Source: Octopus bimaculoides (taxonomy: Eukaryota). Taken from it: a stretch of DNA of 64,000 nt. Position numbers and translations under genes: made by a program. A model generated the notes under the pieces. The model had not been told where the DNA came from and ran no database searches. It saw nothing but the letters and a program-made list of their open reading frames with translations. The stretch is from positions 40,154,852-40,218,851 of the forward strand of contig NC_068984.1 in the NCBI RefSeq assembly GCF_001194135.2, read 5' to 3'. This document shows positions 12,243-25,549 of this stretch, piece by piece (the stretch's first letter is position 1; every line of letters starts with the position of its first letter).

Positions 12243-13234
12243 CGNNNNNNNNNNNNNNNNNNNNNNNNNNNNNNNNNNNNNNNNNNNNNNNNNNNNNNNN
12301 NNNNNNNNNNNNNNNNNNNNNNNNNNNNNNNNNNNNNNNNNNNNNNNNNNNNNNNNNNNNNNNNNNNNNNNNNNNNNNNNNNNNNNNNNNNNNNNNNNNN
12401 NNNNNNNNNNNNNNNNNNNNNNNNNNNNNNNNNNNNNNNNNNNNNNNNNNNNNNNNNNNNNNNNNNNNNNNNNNNNNNNNNNNNNNNNNNNNNNNNNNNN
12501 NNNNNNNNNNNNNNNNNNNNNNNNNNNNNNNNNNNNNNNNNNNNNNNNNNNNNNNNNNNNNNNNNNNNNNNNNNNNNNNNNNNNNNNNNNNNNNNNNNNN
12601 NNNNNNNNNNNNNNNNNNNNNNNNNNNNNNNNNNNNNNNNNNNNNNNNNNNNNNNNNNNNNNNNNNNNNNNNNNNNNNNNNNNNNNNNNNNNNNNNNNNN
12701 NNNNNNNNNNNNNNNNNNNNNNNNNNNNNNNNNNNNNNNNNNNNNNNNNNNNNNNNNNNNNNNNNNNNNNNNNNNNNNNNNNNNNNNNNNNNNNNNNNNN
12801 NNNNNNNNNNNNNNNNNNNNNNNNNNNNNNNNNNNNNNNNNNNNNNNNNNNNNNNNNNNNNNNNNNNNNNNNNNNNNNNNNNNNNNNNNNNNNNNNNNNN
12901 NNNNNNNNNNNNNNNNNNNNNNNNNNNNNNNNNNNNNNNNNNNNNNNNNNNNNNNNNNNNNNNNNNNNNNNNNNNNNNNNNNNNNNNNNNNNNNNNNNNN
13001 NNNNNNNNNNNNNNNNNNNNNNNNNNNNNNNNNNNNNNNNNNNNNNNNNNNNNNNNNNNNNNNNNNNNNNNNNNNNNNNNNNNNNNNNNNNNNNNNNNNN
13101 NNNNNNNNNNNNNNNNNNNNNNNNNNNNNNNNNNNNNNNNNNNNNNNNNNNNNNNNNNNNNNNNNNNNNNNNNNNNNNNNNNNNNNNNNNNNNNNNNNNN
13201 NNNNNNNNNNNNNNNNNNNNNNNNNNNNNNNNNN

Positions 13235-13562
13235 CAGTCCCTCTGTGTGGCACCTTGGGAAAGTGTCTTCCATTTTAGCCTCAGGCCAACCAAAGCTTTG
13301 TGAGTGGATTTGGTAGACAGAAACTGAAAGAAGCCTGTCGTATGTGTGTGTGTGTGTGTGTGTGTTTGTACCCCCCTCCACCCCCTCCACCACTTGACAA
13401 CCAGTGTTGGTGTGTTTATGTCCCTGTAAGCAAGTGGTTTGGCAAAAGAAACTAATAGAATAAGTACTAGGCTTACAAAGAATAAGTCCTGGGGTCGATT
13501 TGTTTGACTAAAGTTGTTGCTCCAGCATGGCTGCAGTTAAATAACTGCAGCAAATAAAAGAA
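13235..13562 (+). mobile_element. tRNA-derived SINE family 1 (5' end in gap)
   Basis: ccttgggaaagtgtcttc...gtgagtggatttggtagacagaaactgaaagaagcc-(GT)n-...gaataagtactaggcttacaaagaataagtcctggggtcgat. Confidence 0.85.
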
Positions 13563-14005
13563 TACCGTTAAAATGGCTTATTTTGTATATGATATAGATT
13601 GTGCAGAAAAAAGTCTTTCAGATGAATTTTCCAAAAATCGAAATAGCTAAAAATGTTAACAAAGTCATTTCATTTCCAAATATGTCTTCAGTTTATTATA
13701 ATTTAGAACTATTGAAGCGTTGAAATTGTAACTCCCAATCTAAATAACCATAGGATTTATAAGGATTTAGGAACTCTTGCCATACTTATCTGAAAAACTG
13801 GAATGTTATGTATTAAATATTTTTGATACCCACAGGTTTTGAACTTGTGAGTTCACACTCATTTATAATCCAGATTCATTAACTCGGAGATTAAGGGTCC
13901 CCATTTACTTAATGTTTTGATTGTTTAGCTTCCCAGTCTGTATCAGATGACCTGATGAAGACTTGTGGAAAAAATACCAGAAGATTAATGGATAGTTTAT
14001 TGATA

Positions 14006-14168
14006 GGAGCAGGCATGACTGTGTGGTAAGAAACTTGCTTTCCAGCTACAGTTCTGGGCTCAGTTCCTCTGCGTTGCACCTTGGGCAAATGTCTTCTACT
14101 ATAGCCTTGGGCTGACCAAAGCCTTGTGAGTGGATTTGGTAGATAGAAACTGAAAGAAGCCTGTTGTA

Positions 14169-14204
<36 letters not shown>

Positions 14205-14374
14205 TCCTTGTGTCTGTGTTTGTCTCCCAACCATCACTTGACAAAGAGACCAATAGAATAAGTACTAGGCTTACAAAGAATAAGTTTTGAGGTCAATTTC
14301 TTTGACTAAAACCCATTAAGGTAGTGCTACAGCATGGCCACAGTCAAATTCCTGAAACAAGAAGAATAAAAGAA
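14006..14374 (+). mobile_element. tRNA-derived SINE family 1
   Basis: A-box-like tgactgtgtggt, B-box-like ggctcagttcc, internal (GT)n and the same 3' body as 51521-52050. Confidence 0.85.
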
Positions 14375-14437
14375 TACAAAGGTGAGTCACAAAGTAATGA
14401 AATTTTTATTTAACTTACTTTCTGACTGGCCCTTGTA
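14375..14437. mobile_element. ultra-short mariner-type MITE remnant
   Basis: TA-caaaggtgagtcacaaagtaa ... ttactttctgactggcccttg-TA; 21-bp inverted termini (17/21 match) flanked by TA. Confidence 0.5.
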
Positions 14438-14454
14438 TATCCTGTATCATATAT

Positions 14455-14645
14455 TCTTTTCTACTCTAGGTACAAGGCCCAAAATTTTTTGGGGAGAGTC
14501 GATTAGCTTGAACCCAGTATGCAACTGGTACTTAATTTATCAAACCTGAAAGGATGAAATGCAAAATTGACCTTGGCAGAATTAAAGACAGACGAAATAC
14601 TGCTAAGTATTTTGCCTGCCATGGTAATGCTCCTGCCAGCTCGTC
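14455..14645 (-). mobile_element. tRNA-derived SINE family 2 (gagctggcagaa... family)
   Basis: reverse complement matches the copies at 22121 and 30829. Confidence 0.8.
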
Positions 14646-16050
14646 ACTTTAATACCATATATTCTGTATCATATATTGTACATTGTGTATCATATATTGT
14701 GTATCATATATTGTATATCATATATTGTGTATGTTGAATGGGAGATGGCAGAACTGGTTGCATATCAAACAAAATGCCTTCTGGTTTTTAATTATGTCCC
14801 TTTGCATTCTGATTTCATAAGGCTGACTTTGCATTTCATCCTTTTTGAGGTTGATAAAGTAAATACCCCTCAGTCATTGAGGTTTAATAAATAAACTATA
14901 CCTTTGAAGATAGTGTCTCAGCATGAGTAAAATTAATTAAGATATCTGTTGATGGCACAGAAAGGTTTTCGACATGTAATGGATTCAGAAGAAAAGCTTA
15001 CAATAGCTCTGAATGGCTCCTGCAGTCTCTGTGTGGAGCAAAGCATCTCTGGTGTGTTTTTCACCTGAGATAAGATAAATGAATAATTATCGCTGTACGA
15101 AATAAAATAAATTGCTTGAGTTTTATTCTTTAAGGAAATTACTAACTTAAAAGAGATTGTTATAAATGAGAATTGAGCCTTACTTACAAACCTTGTAATG
15201 TTATGAGTTTACCACCTGCACTGAGGTGCTTGCCATTATGTTATGAGTCCTTTGCATAACTTAGCTAGTGGCTATTGTGGTTGAAGCATAAATGCTTTCA
15301 TGTTTATTTCACAAGGATAATCAAGAATGAAAAATCTCCGGCATAGCCTTGGTTGTGAAGGTTAAAACAAATTATTGAAATAAAGAACAAGCCAAAATGA
15401 TTCTAAGAGTCAATATCAGGTTCTTTTTTATGAGAATACATAAGGTAGACACACTTTAAGAACTGTATGAAGGTCTACATATTACCAATTGTCAGTCATC
15501 ATATTTTTTAAACAATATTTATAAATTTATTAATATTGGGGTATTTAGTGTAGTCCATTGCTATATCTGTAAATGTAAAAAAGGTTTATTTGGAAGACTT
15601 CAAATATTTGTTCATTAAGTTGAGTTGTGTGAATAGTGACTTGAACTAATTGACATGAAAAATGTTCTAATTGTGTGGAGATCTCATTAAAATATACAAA
15701 ATGATGAAATGATATGTTGATGTGGATTATAGAAATTATACTCTATAAAATGGAAGGAACATTTTATAGCCATTATCTCAACATGTATTTCTAATTGGTA
15801 TGTCTTTACTAATCAATTTTATAAATTAACTATCTAAAGATTTCTGAATCGAAACAGCTGTCAGAGATGTTGTCATATTTTATAATTAATAAATAATTTT
15901 GTTAATTACCTCTCCATTTTCTCCTTATTCTTTAAATATATAAATATATGAACCATGGTTACCTTATAGTTGAACTTTCTACAGATTGGTAACTAACCAG
16001 TATTTTCATTGGATTTATGATCCCTTAATGAGGTTTATTACCTTTACTTG

Positions 16051-16084
<34 letters not shown>

Positions 16085-16091
16085 GTGTGTG

Positions 16092-16129
<38 letters not shown>

Positions 16130-16374
16130 ATGTGTGAGTGTGTGAATATATATATATATATATATACATAATGTGTGAGTGTATATATGTATATATATTT
16201 TTGCCCATGTAATGACACACATGCTATTCTCTTGACTGTCTGCTTCTCTGGACTTTTTTCCCTTTATTCAATGTAGAACCATGCTCAAAGTGTTATAATT
16301 TTACTCCTGTTTTTCCTTCAACAACTTTCATTGACTTTTGTTGATTTTTAAATTTCTTTTTGTTCTTGAATTTG

Positions 16375-16419
<45 letters not shown>

Positions 16420-16899
16420 NNNNNNNNNNNNNNNNNNNNNNNNNNNNNNNNNNNNNNNNNNNNNNNNNNNNNNNNNNNNNNNNNNNNNNNNNNNNNNNNN
16501 NNNNNNNNNNNNNNNNNNNNNNNNNNNNNNNNNNNNNNNNNNNNNNNNNNNNNNNNNNNNNNNNNNNNNNNNNNNNNNNNNNNNNNNNNNNNNNNNNNNN
16601 NNNNNNNNNNNNNNNNNNNNNNNNNNNNNNNNNNNNNNNNNNNNNNNNNNNNNNNNNNNNNNNNNNNNNNNNNNNNNNNNNNNNNNNNNNNNNNNNNNNN
16701 NNNNNNNNNNNNNNNNNNNNNNNNNNNNNNNNNNNNNNNNNNNNNNNNNNNNNNNNNNNNNNNNNNNNNNNNNNNNNNNNNNNNNNNNNNNNNNNNNNNN
16801 NNNNNNNNNNNNNNNNNNNNNNNNNNNNNNNNNNNNNNNNNNNNNNNNNNNNNNNNNNNNNNNNNNNNNNNNNNNNNNNNNNNNNNNNNNNNNNNNNNN

Positions 16900-16933
<34 letters not shown>

Positions 16934-17617
16934 GTGAACACATAACTAAATCAATGATTAATGATTTAGCTCCCTGTTATAGACATCTCACTTTATTGAT
17001 TCTTCTAGAAAGTACTAAATAAATTAACCCATATGAAAAGAATGCTGTACAAAACTACGTTTTCATCATTGATTAATGCCTATTAGGGTTATAGTGTTAT
17101 CATATTAAGGGCAGATCATTTTCACTGCTCATTCTCGTGGGGGTGTGGTAATCAAAAACTAGCTTTATAAGTATTGACTTTGATCTCTTTTATCACAAGT
17201 CAGCTTTCGGTTTGTGTCTATAACTCATGAAGGAAATTGGTTTGGAGTGATAGTTAATTGGCTACCATCAATGTGAAATTATCACTTCTGTTTAGTCTCT
17301 TATGTCTTTTCTTCATTTACAACTCATAAGTTGAATGTTTCTATGAAAGCAAATAATGAATAATGATAATTTCTTTTGATTAAGAACAATTTCGTAATAA
17401 CATGAGTAGAAGTTAATTGTACTTTTTGCCTTATATTGTATGGCACTTATTTTATTAACTCAAGCAGAATGAAAGATAGTCAGTATTAGTAGAATTTGAA
17501 CTTAGAACAGTAAGGCACAATACTTTACAAATGATAAAGAATTGTATGTTACTCCATATCCCGACTTCTTTGATGCTTTGCAATGTATTTAATTTTTTTC
17601 TTTTCTACATTATTTAG

Positions 17618-17724
17618 GATGATGATCATAACCAGTTGTTTAGGTTCCTTCAAGATGTTGTTACAACTTTGGCAATTTGTCAAGCACCATTAGATAGTAT
17701 ACAGGCTGCATTCCAAGAACTTAG
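17618..17724 (+). CDS. RELCH: RELCH exon, phase 0 to 2
   Basis: tatttag|GATGATGAT...GAACTTAG|gtttgt; DDDHNQLFRFLQDVVTTLAICQAPLDSIQAAFQEL, versus human EEDRKLLVGFLEDVMTLLSLSHAPLDSLKASFVEL. Confidence 0.94.
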
Positions 17725-18194
17725 GTTTGTATTCCATTAATAATGTATTTATTATTTTATAGTCATAATTTTGTAAACATTTTTGTCTTTTTCAATTTGA
17801 TAAGGTCTATTTTGAAATGGCAAGAAAGAACACAAGCAAACAATGCAAAAATAAAACAAATAAGTAAATAGAATGAGAGAAATGGTGATGATGATAATGA
17901 TACTGATTATAAGTGGATGTTGGTCATGTTTCTTATAGATATAAAAAAAAAACTCAACAAATTATATTTGGTATAAAAGTACCAAATAATTCTTTCCTGT
18001 TTTCTGCTTTATTTTACTTTTTAATGATAGCTCAAGTGTTTTTATTCAACCTCTCCACTTGTTTTGATGAGAAGTGTGGATATATCTAGTTTTTCTTATC
18101 CAGTGATTTATGCTTTTATAAACTAGATGTAAATTAAAAGATATTTGAGACAGATCCAACTCCCTTTGCAACAATCTAATATGTACAGTGTCAA

Positions 18195-18790
18195 GATACG
18201 TGGCTAAGTGGTTAGGGCATTGCACTCATGATTGTAAGATTGTGGTTCCAATCCTTGGGTCAGGTGATGTGTTGTGTTCTTAAACAAAAAACTTCATTTC
18301 ATGTTGCTCCAGTCCACTCAGCTGGAAAAAATGAGTGAACCTGTGGTGGAATATACACACTACAGAATCCTGGAAACCAGCCTTATGAACACATGGCTCA
18401 AGAAGAACCTTTGATCCTTTTTTGAATATGGCCAATGCCAGAAGTATTTAAAAATCATCTTTTCAATGTTGGGTCTCATGGAGGCAATGACAAATGACCA
18501 AGACCTTTGGCATTATGCTGTGCTTGAGAAGAAGATCCATCAAGCTAAGTGAAATAATAGTTGTGGCAGGTACTGGTGTCACACGAATGGCACCTGTGCT
18601 GGTGGCATGTAAAAGTAGCCATTATGCTCTTGGAGCATTTGGTGTTTGGAAAGGCATCCAGCTGTAGAAATCATATCATATCAAATCAGAATAGAGCCTG
18701 ATACAGCCTTTCAGCTTGCCAGCCATGGTCAAGCCATTCAACCCATGGCAGCATGGACAATGGACGTTAAATGATGATGATGTGATGATG
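18195..18790 (+). mobile_element. SINE family 4 head (about 18195-18345) followed by an RTE 3' end (about 18460-18790)
   Basis: head matches 28840; tail has gacctttggcattatgctgtgcttgagaag...gcatccagctgtagaaa...gacgttaaatgatgatg. Confidence 0.7.
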
Positions 18791-19039
18791 TACAGCTTGA
18801 TACAGGGGACAATTTAAGGAAATATGTATGAAAGATATAGCCTATATAAAATAAGAGGTACATGACACAAGAAGTTTTTGTAAGGGAGTAACAGATTTCA
18901 TAATGGCTGAATTTTTTTTTTATGTCATGTATTTGGGATTGAGAGCATCATTTTCAGCTTCTAAGGGGCCAAACATTGGTTCATTGTATTTTTGATTGTG
19001 ACAGTTTGAAGGGATGTTTGTGCACTCAGCCTTTGAAAG

Positions 19040-20800
19040 CCTGTATCTTATTAAGCTGAGATGGCCTTTGAGACAGATTCAATGCTTTGAACAATTCCCT
19101 GAATATACCAGATTTTGCAATTTTGTCACTTCTCGTCAACATGCTGTTAAAGAATGCCTTCCTACAAGGATTGAAATAAAGCAGCAAGTCTCATGGGAGC
19201 TTGAAGCTATTATTGAGAAGTTCAATCAGTTGATGAGTGCCACTCATTGAAAGTCAATTAAATCTTTCACAACAATATTACGAAGGTCAAAACATCTCAG
19301 CAAGGTGAAATTGAATAACAGAATTATATTGAAAATAAAATAGATTCAACTGTTCATGTAGTAATGAAAAAACACTCTTCTCTGATATGGCAAACTGTCA
19401 TTGAAATAAGTAGTAGGAAAAGTACAAACAATTCAAAACTAAAAGCCACAAGTCTTCAGGAATAACTAAACAAGTGGAAGGAATATTTGCATAATCTTCT
19501 CAGTAATTCCCAAGCAATTTCATATAGATTCATAGAAACTGCTACTAAACATGATCTTGACACTAAACATGACAATTTCTCATCAGATAAACTCACTGAG
19601 ACCAAAAAAATAGAAAGATAGCTGGTTTTTGATAATGTACCATCATAACTCTCAGTGACACCCTCCTTCAATAATGTAATGGGGTATATAATCAAAACCC
19701 AATTGAGAAGTGGACTGATGGTTGCATTTCCCCATTGTCCAAGAAAACTAATTTAGATGTGGCTAAAAATTCCATTGGGTTTACGTGTGCAGTGGTAGCA
19801 GTGAAAATCTAGAATTCATAACTGAACTACATATACCAAAACTTGGGAAAGAAGATTTTACAAAGAAACCAAAATGAGTTTTGGAAATATTGGTCTGCTG
19901 TCAAGAACCATTGAGAGAATCAGAGCTAAAAATTCTCAGTTAGGAATACTGTTTGCATTCATCTCAAAAGCTTTTGACTTTATCCGCCAAGACTACATGT
20001 AGCAGATTCTTCTTACTTATGGTGCACTTCAAGAAATAATAGCAGTTTAACAATGCTCTACATGGACACAAGAACTAAAGTATGATTACCTGATAGAGAC
20101 ACTGATTTCTTCAACATCAATGCAGACATTTTGCAATTTGATATTCTTGCAGTATTCTTTTTCACCTTCCGCTTAGATTATGTCCTCTATGCTTCAGTTG
20201 AAAAAATTCAACAACTGAGCTTTACTTCAACAAAATCCACATTTCCTCACTTCCCTACCACAACTATAACAAATGCAAATTATGTTGGTAATATCATTCT
20301 CTTTGCAGATTCTGTCTCAGAAACTACTACCTTTCTACATAATTCTGAAAAAAAAAAGTAGAAAATATTGACCTTTATGTTAATCCCTCAAAGACTGAAT
20401 ATATCTGTTACAGCAGGTGGGGTCTATAAGCAGAATGAACCAAAATCCTCTAAAACCTATAGACTCTTTGTCTCAGTATACAAAGAGTCTATTGGTTTCA
20501 GAGGATTTAGAGGACTATAACAGATATATTATGTAACATTGTATCCATAGATAAGCTTGTAAAAGTTTGTCTAGCAAAAACATGGGCTGTTTTTGATGGG
20601 CTCAATATAAGCTGGAGTTCACCTCCACCTGATTATCTTGAGAGAAGCTTCTGTAATACTGTAAACTCAATGTTATTGTACAAGTTCACTGCTTGAGCTA
20701 ACCAAACATCTTGGAGGCTAGGCTTGTTGACACTTTTTCCTTCATTTTACAGGCCATTTTGAATATCTTATGGAGAAAACATCTGACTAAGCAAAAATCC
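19040..20800 (+). mobile_element. heavily degraded RTE-X-like LINE ORF2
   Basis: pieced translation SKAFDFIRQDYM.QILLTYG...DTDFFNINADILQFDILAVFFFTFRLDYVL...TITNANYVGNI...LYVNPSKTEYI...LEARLVDTFSFILQAILNILWRKHLTKQ follows RT domain order, with many stops and frameshifts. Confidence 0.8.
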
Positions 20801-21950
20801 TTGCATCATAGAAACTTTAGCGCTGCATTCACCTTGATGCTTTTAAAAGCAATGCAAAGAGGCAATTTATATTCTTTCACTCATTCTAGAAGTTGTGTTA
20901 GAGTGAGTGATCTATCATGTAGTTCTGAGCACCTGCTTACTCCTTAGGCTGTTGATCATTGAGGTAGTCTGATTACAACCTATGTAAACAGCTTGTAAAG
21001 ATGAGACATGGGGAGAGAGTTTCTCATGGTACATGGAGAGATAGTTTCTCCGATCTTCTCTTTCACCTTTCTTGTAAAGCAAGATAATATTCAACTCCTT
21101 CCTCAACAAGGATATTTTTATCCTTTTTTAACTATCAATTGTAATGTAGAACAAGGATTTTCCATAGCTGCTCTCCTTCACTCTTTAACATTTCCTTTGT
21201 TATCTCTTTTCATCAGCTTTAGGCATTCTCTATTTCGCTGACCAGAATGAGTGGTACTTCTTCCAAGAATCGTGATGGTAGAAGAGTGATCATCACTGAT
21301 GTTTTAAAAAAGATGGATGTAAAAGGTTTCACAGACTTCCTTCACCAGCCTTTTGCCCATCCCTGTAAAACATCTTTGTTCTTGAATATCATCACCTCCA
21401 ATTTATATAGTGCCATCTCACTCCTGCATCTCTTCAGATGTTTCCTTCACAGCAGCTTCTTATGTCTGTAGTTCTTGAAGTCTATTTCTAGATGTTGTCT
21501 AATCACCTTGCAGAAAATGTAACACCTAAAGTGATCTTTTATGCTCCTTTTTATAGTTTTCCTTTTCTCCAGTATTTTCCCTTGTTTCCTCTGAGATGTT
21601 TGCATTTGATTCCTGTGTGTTTACAATTCTTGATTTTCATGTGCAGCTTTGAATTTTCTGGATCAATGAGTCTTAGCTTTCACTTATTTCTTCAAGCTAA
21701 CTCCAGGTTTCCTTCCTCATAGCATCCTACAACTGTTACACATTGTAAACTTCGATGTATTGGTTCTTCAGCAAGTTCTGCTCTGCCTTTCTCTCTAATT
21801 TGAACAGTGACAATCTCTGCCTGTAGCAAGTGATAGTTATTGCTGGTGTTGACATGCAACTATGACATCCTGCAGTATGTGTCATTTACTGATTAGGTTG
21901 TAGTTGATCTAATTTTGGTCTTGACTATTTAAGGTTCTCCAGGTTCATAT
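20800..21950 (-). mobile_element. degraded RTE-clade LINE (endonuclease end to RT start)
   Basis: IILLYKKGEREDRRNY (ORF 20915..21109), then QPKE.AG...IDH...EYKLPLCIAF. Confidence 0.65.
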
Positions 21951-22120
21951 ATTTCCCAATCTTTCCCTTAATAGGCTGTTCCTGATGTAAAATCTGTCAT
22001 GGTGACTAAACATTCTCTCTTATTTCTTTCAGTCACTAGTATATTTATTAAATAACTTAAGTCTATAGGTCCATTTACCCTCATGATTCCTAGTTTCATT
22101 ATCATTCTCTAAATTTAAGG

Positions 22121-22335
22121 CAGTGAGCTGGCAGAATTGTTAGCATGCCAGACAAAATGCTTAGCAGTATTTCAGCCATCTTTACTTTCTGAGTTCAAAT
22201 TTTTTTGAGGTCAACTTTGCTTTTCATCCTTTTGGGGTGGATAAAATAAGTACCAATTAAGCACTGGGGCTGATGTAATTGACTACATCCTTCCCTCAAA
22301 AGCTGCTGGCCTCATGCCAAATTTGAAACCGTTGT
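22121..22335 (+). mobile_element. tRNA-derived SINE family 2
   Basis: ggcagtgagctggcagaattgttagcatg...ttctgagttcaaat...gtcaactttgcttttcatcctttt. Confidence 0.85.
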
Positions 22336-23184
22336 TGTTTTCTAAATGAGAGAAATGTATGATAGAATTGATAGAACTTTGGGCTAAATACTCCTTGGTA
22401 TTTAATTACCACATGATAGTTTATGTTCATACGCTTCAAGAATTGATAAAATAAATATCAATTAGTTACTGAGGTTGATTTAATCACATAATTTTGTAAT
22501 GCAATATACAATAAAAATCTCCCCTTTTTCTGTCAACCAAAGAATCAGGGGAAGGCTTTCATTGCCTTTCATTTTTGTGGGTTGATAAAATATCAAGTAC
22601 TGGGGGTCACTATAATTGACCATTTATGGCCATGTGCCTGTGTTGAATATCATAAAAATTATTATTCTCTAAAGAAAACAAAATATAACAAGGAATACTG
22701 AGTTGTGTAGAATGGACAAATAAATTAGATGCAGAGCAGAGCAATATGACTGATGTTAGAAATTCTCTGTATTTCTTTCTCTATCTTCATTTTTCCTTTG
22801 TATCAAATTGTAAGGTGTTTTAAATGTGTTGGTTTTGATAAATGCTTTATGACTGGATAATCATGGTAATATTAGACACAATTGAAACTGGATAGTGGTG
22901 TTTATTGTAGATCTTACATTAGAGAGATCATTCTTTCAGACTTAGAGATGTCTGTACATTTTATATAAGAGACTGTAAAATAGTGTTGATTTATCTTCAA
23001 ATGTAGCTATTTTTCTATGATGTGTGCTTTCTTGAATTTAAGAAAGGAAAGTGAGTGACACTCCTTTGTCAATATTTTATGGCAGAAGTGGCATTACATT
23101 AGAGACTATCAACAATTTCAGATAGTATGGGAGATATAGTGATTTTATAGATTTTACTTGCTCTATGACATAGATTTGCTTTTA

Positions 23185-23227
<43 letters not shown>

Positions 23228-23537
23228 GAGTCATACACTAGTATGAACCAGAAAAAAATAGAGAAAATTATACTTTTGTGCTATATAGCATCAGATAACA
23301 AAGCTGAAAGGAATGATTATGAGGATGACTTTTTTTCATATGGGCTAATACGTGAGTAGCGAGGAGGGGGAAACCAGCTTGTTTTATGCCAGCAGAACAA
23401 TATTGGTGGAAATGAAATATAAAAATGTAATGCACAATCTATAGGATGTTAGAATTTTCATTTTAACTAAAGGAATTATTGATGTGACAAAAATTGGCAG
23501 GCAGTAGTTAAAGTGTTCAAAAGTTTGAGTGCTATAA

Positions 23538-23571
<34 letters not shown>

Positions 23572-23792
23572 GAAATCATGCTATGATATTAAGATAGATT
23601 TAATGAATTCAAGAACAGTTATGTTGGTGCTAATGACTCATAGCCAATTGGAAATATATATATGTAGAAATATGGAAGATGAAAGATGAACAATAAATTA
23701 CTTTGAAATGCACTTTGGGTATGTGTATGCACATACACTTGCATATAGTAGAATAATAAAGAGAAAGTTCTTGGTATAGTATTATATATGTC

Positions 23793-23892
23793 TGAAAGAA
23801 TGATTAGAGGTGGCTTTTTTGAGGGGATAATTTTTATTTTAATCTTAATAAAAATTATCCCCTCAAAAAAGCCATCTCTACTCATTCTTTCA
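23793..23892 (+). other. near-perfect 100-nt inverted repeat (46-bp stem, 8-nt loop)
   Basis: arms 23793-23838 and 23847-23892 are reverse complements at 44/46 positions (one G:U, one U:C). Confidence 0.9.
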
Positions 23893-23978
23893 TATATATG
23901 TATGTATATATATATATATTTCATTTCATTTCATTTCAAAGTTTCAGCTCAGAGCTGCGGCCATGCTGATGCACCACC

Positions 23979-24019
<41 letters not shown>

Positions 24020-24119
24020 CATATGTGAATTGACAAAAGTGTAGTGTGGAGTGAAAGCTTTTGAAGAGGCCAGGATGACATGCAAAACTCAAGAGAAATT
24101 TGAAGAAGAATATTCTTTT

Positions 24120-24320
24120 TTTTTTCTACAAGGCTCGAAATTTTGGGGCCCATTTATTAGATTGACCCCAGTACACAAATGGTACTTAATTTATTGACTC
24201 CGAAAGGATGAAAGGCAAAGTTGACCTTGGCAGAATTTGAACTCATAACATAAAGACAGACGAAATACTGCTAAGCATTGCACCCAGTGTGCTAACGTTT
24301 CTGCCAGATTGCTGCCTTAT
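24120..24320 (-). mobile_element. tRNA-derived SINE family 2
   Basis: reverse complement matches family 2 over its full length. Confidence 0.85.
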
Positions 24321-24759
24321 TTAAAGAAGAATATTGTGATCAAGAAGGTGAATCTCAGTGACCTTTTTGTGTGCACAGTTTGTGACAGACCATGCTACCC
24401 CTACACAATCCAAACCCACCTTCCCTACCATCCCATCTCTCCTTACCCCATCCCTTACACTCACTCCCACATACCTCACCTCTACCCCCACTTACCCCCA
24501 CCCTCAGCCTAACCCACACCCAACCCTTGCTTTCCCCACTCTTGCCTCCCCAACTCCCAACACCATCACACCACACCACACACCACTACACCATACACCA
24601 CCATACCACACAACACCACGTCACATCACACCACCATGCCCACACTAGCACTGACCACTTCCCTGGCCCACATACACACACGCACACATCAAGGTCACCA
24701 GCTCTCTTACACATGCGCATACATACTCTCTTATACACATGCATGCGCACCTTCATTTT

Positions 24760-25020
24760 GGGATCACCACTACTTTATTATCTCCCCTTCTTCCTAGCTC
24801 TCCTGTATGACCCCTCTGTCTGGCATTCGCCATGATAGATTGCTAGCCACTACACATTCTTTATTTTCTCTCCTTGTTTCTTTCTGTGTTCCTTTGTGTG
24901 GAAGAGCTTAGGCTTGAAACGTTAAAGACTTTTTCAGTTTCTGAGCGTTTAAACTAATACATCTGCTTTTTGTCTACACCACCTGTCTTCATCTTTTGTT
25001 TTTTTTGTGAATTCTCCCTA
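24760..25020 (+). mobile_element. Penelope-like pseudo-LTR / retrozyme-like repeat with a mutated hammerhead motif at 24892-24927
   Basis: homologous to 57790-58320 and to 47040-47270 (-); CTTT-GTGTGGA-A-GAGC-TTAG-GCTT-GAAAC-GTT-AAAG. Confidence 0.65.
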
Positions 25021-25035
25021 TATACATACATACAT

Positions 25036-25106
<71 letters not shown>

Positions 25107-25501
25107 CATACATATGTGATATATATATACATAGTATATGTATGTAGGCATGTATATGTGAGATAATAGTTTCACTTTAAGAGTCTTAGTATTAATAGTA
25201 AAACTATTAAACTAAAAATATCTCACATTACAATAGAGATGTTATGGTTTCACTTTTGACATGTAATACTGACATAGTGTAAGAGATAAGAGATTGCTCT
25301 GGGCTCGCATTAGGCAAGAAGTTGAAAATTTTTTGGGCCCATGACACTGCATATACCCTAAGTAAGGCATGTGTAAAATTTGAATGAAATTGGTTGTGTA
25401 GTTCTTGAGTTTTAGGGATTCACACAGATAGACAGACACTCTAGTCCTGCGGCAACCAAAGTTTTGTGAGTCGATTTGGAAGATGAAAACTGAAAGAAAC
25501 C

Positions 25502-25549
<48 letters not shown>

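Noticed and set aside
24400-24660. C-rich tract (G-quadruplex potential on the minus strand) and Pro/His-rich ORFs
   Set aside because: Low-complexity (CA/CCCA)-derived sequence that also precedes the other Penelope-like block at 57.2-57.8 kb; no independent sign of function.
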